DNA from: Gemmatimonadota bacterium
GTDB lineage: Bacteria > Gemmatimonadota > Gemmatimonadetes > Longimicrobiales > RSA9
NCBI GenBank assembly: GCA_040905425.1
Contig: JBBDRO010000015.1
Location: forward strand, 29,384 to 57,379
DNA length: 27,996 nt
Direction of reading: 5' to 3'
Made by a program: the position numbers and the translations under genes. Positions within the stretch are counted from its first letter, which is position 1; each line of letters begins with the position of its first letter. Positions 26,852 through 27,996 of this stretch are shown piece after piece. The notes beneath the pieces are model-generated. The model was not told where the DNA came from, ran no database searches, and saw nothing but the letters and a program-made list of their open reading frames with translations.

Positions 26852-26896
26852 CGTCCTTCGCGTCCTTCGCGTCCTTCGCGTCCTTCGCGCCCTTCG
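26852..26896. repeat. 9-bp tandem repeat (CGTCCTTCG)x4 plus one variant copy CGCCCTTCG
   Basis: Read directly; followed by a partial CTTCG. Confidence 0.9.
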
Positions 26897-27251
26897 CTTC
26901 GCCACTCCGCAACTCCGCCGCTTCGCCGCTCTGTAGCCAGGTCGTTCGGGCGTCGTCTCCTAGTGTGGTCCGGCCGATGCGCCCTTCCGCCGCCCGTGCG
27001 CCATCTGCGTATCAGGATGTCCCAAATGTCCCATTGACGGATTTTTAGCCTCTCCTAACTCCGCGAGCACATCCACCCTCGCTGAACTTCAGGAAGGCAT
27101 GCAGGGAGCCGCCTGGCGGCCCTCAGCGGGATGAGCCGAGCCCGTAGACCTGGACGTGGCTCCCCGGCCTTTCAGCGGCCACTGAGAGAGTCGAAAAACC
27201 ACCCCTTATATTACCGGAAGTCATTGGGACCACTGGCCATAGGAGGGGTGC

Positions 27252-27996
27252 ATGGGTGGACGCGCGGAGGGTGTGAGCTACGCGGAGCGGATGGCGCGGA
27301 GCGGGCGGCGGGGGCAGGGATGGATGATTCGGGAACGGAAGGTGGAGGGAGCAGTGTCGGAGGGGTTGGAGGCCGCTGGCGCGCCCGAAAACGTTTCGGC
27401 CGAAACGTCGGAACGCGACCAGAGCCCGGCGAAGGGAGCCGCGACGAATGTGCGAGGGTCCGAACTCGGAAACGTTTCGGCCGAAACGCCGGAATGCGGC
27501 CAGGGCCCGGGGAACGGAGCCTCCGCGCATGTGAGCGGGGCCGCGTTCAAAAACGTTTCGGCCGAGATGTCAGTATGGGACACGGCCGGCGATCCGGCTT
27601 CTTCCGGTGCCGGTGCCGTCGAGGATCCAGGGGCCCCGGATCAGGAGCCCGTCGACCCCGAGCCCATCGACCACGAAGCCATCGAGAACGACGAGCTCGA
27701 GGAGCTCGGCAACGAGATCGCCACCATCGCCGCCCACATCCACGCGGCCGAGTACCAGCTGCTGGTCAAGCTGGCCGAGTTCGACCGGCGCCAGGGCTGG
27801 GAGGTCTGCGGCTTCCGCAACTGCGCCGCCTGGCTGGACTTCCGCACCGGCATCAGCAGGGGCGCCTGCCGGGAGCGGGTGCGCGTGGCCCGGGCGCTGG
27901 AGCAGCTCCCGAAGATCAGCGCCGCCATGGCGCGTGGCGAGCTGAGCTTCAGCCAGGTGCGGGCGCTCACGCGGGTGGCCACGCCGGAAAACGAGG
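27252..27996 (+). CDS. DUF222 (13E12-repeat-type) protein, usually HNH-endonuclease-fused; runs off the window end (absent from the ORF track)
   Basis: AGGAGG RBS at 27241, ATG 27252, frame open to the end; LEELGNEIATIAAHIHAAEYQLLVKLAEFDRRQGW...GFRNCAAWLDFRTGISRGACRERVRVARALEQLPKISAAMARGELSFSQVRALTRVATPENE; exact start uncertain. Confidence 0.85.
   Translation, partial: MGGRAEGVSYAERMARSGRRGQGWMIRERKVEGAVSEGLEAAGAPENVSAETSERDQSPAKGAATNVRGSELGNVSAETPECGQGPGNGASAHVSGAAFKNVSAEMSVWDTAGDPASSGAGAVEDPGAPDQEPVDPEPIDHEAIENDELEELGNEIATIAAHIHAAEYQLLVKLAEFDRRQGWEVCGFRNCAAWLDFRTGISRGACRERVRVARALEQLPKISAAMARGELSFSQVRALTRVATPENE
27389..27569 (+). repeat. 81-bp degenerate tandem repeat (about 2.2 units), each unit starting with AAACGTTTCGGCCGAAACG (peptide NVSAET)
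   Basis: Copies start at 27389, 27470 and 27551; the third is degenerate (...GCCGAGATG); intervening sequences are clearly homologous. Confidence 0.9.

Noticed and set aside
26682..26912. ORF with AKD repeats on the minus strand
   Set aside because: Simply the translation of the 9-bp microsatellite; overlaps a real gene antisense and lacks an RBS
27389..27569. Possible mini-CRISPR array (palindromic repeats at regular spacing)
   Set aside because: The 62-bp intervening sequences are homologous to each other, the repeat is only 19 bp, the array is in frame within a CDS, and no cas genes are present

Overview
Very GC-rich bacterial chromosomal window; the gene content and style suggest Gemmatimonadota (inference only). 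Left part: O-antigen-ligase-like gene, a large hybrid sensor kinase with an unusual degenerate GGDEF insert, a PQQ-type sugar dehydrogenase, a small outer-membrane protein, an mhqR-type quinone-detoxification operon with a visible operator, tRNA-Pro(GGG), a phytoene-dehydrogenase-family oxidoreductase and an Lrp regulator. Centre (11.8-17.9 kb): a redox-flavoured island with a three-gene blue-copper operon (one gene is a beta-barrel-cupredoxin fusion), an orphan in-frame HybA-HybB fusion preceded by an unannotated 36-aa membrane peptide, a 71-aa orphan, AT-rich promoters packed with palindromes (including a CRP/FNR-type box), and a MarR protein with a 4-Cys tail. Right part: ArsR-SRPBCC pair, two zinc metallopeptidases, a DASS transporter, sdaAA-sdaAB, a plug-like surface protein, a 9-bp microsatellite, and the 5' part of a DUF222-family gene whose coding sequence carries three parS-like palindromes at exact 81-bp spacing. 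The best candidates for undescribed biology are the copper/Fe-S electron-transfer island and the DUF222 gene with internal parS-like sites. All family calls come from motif recognition by eye; no searches were run.
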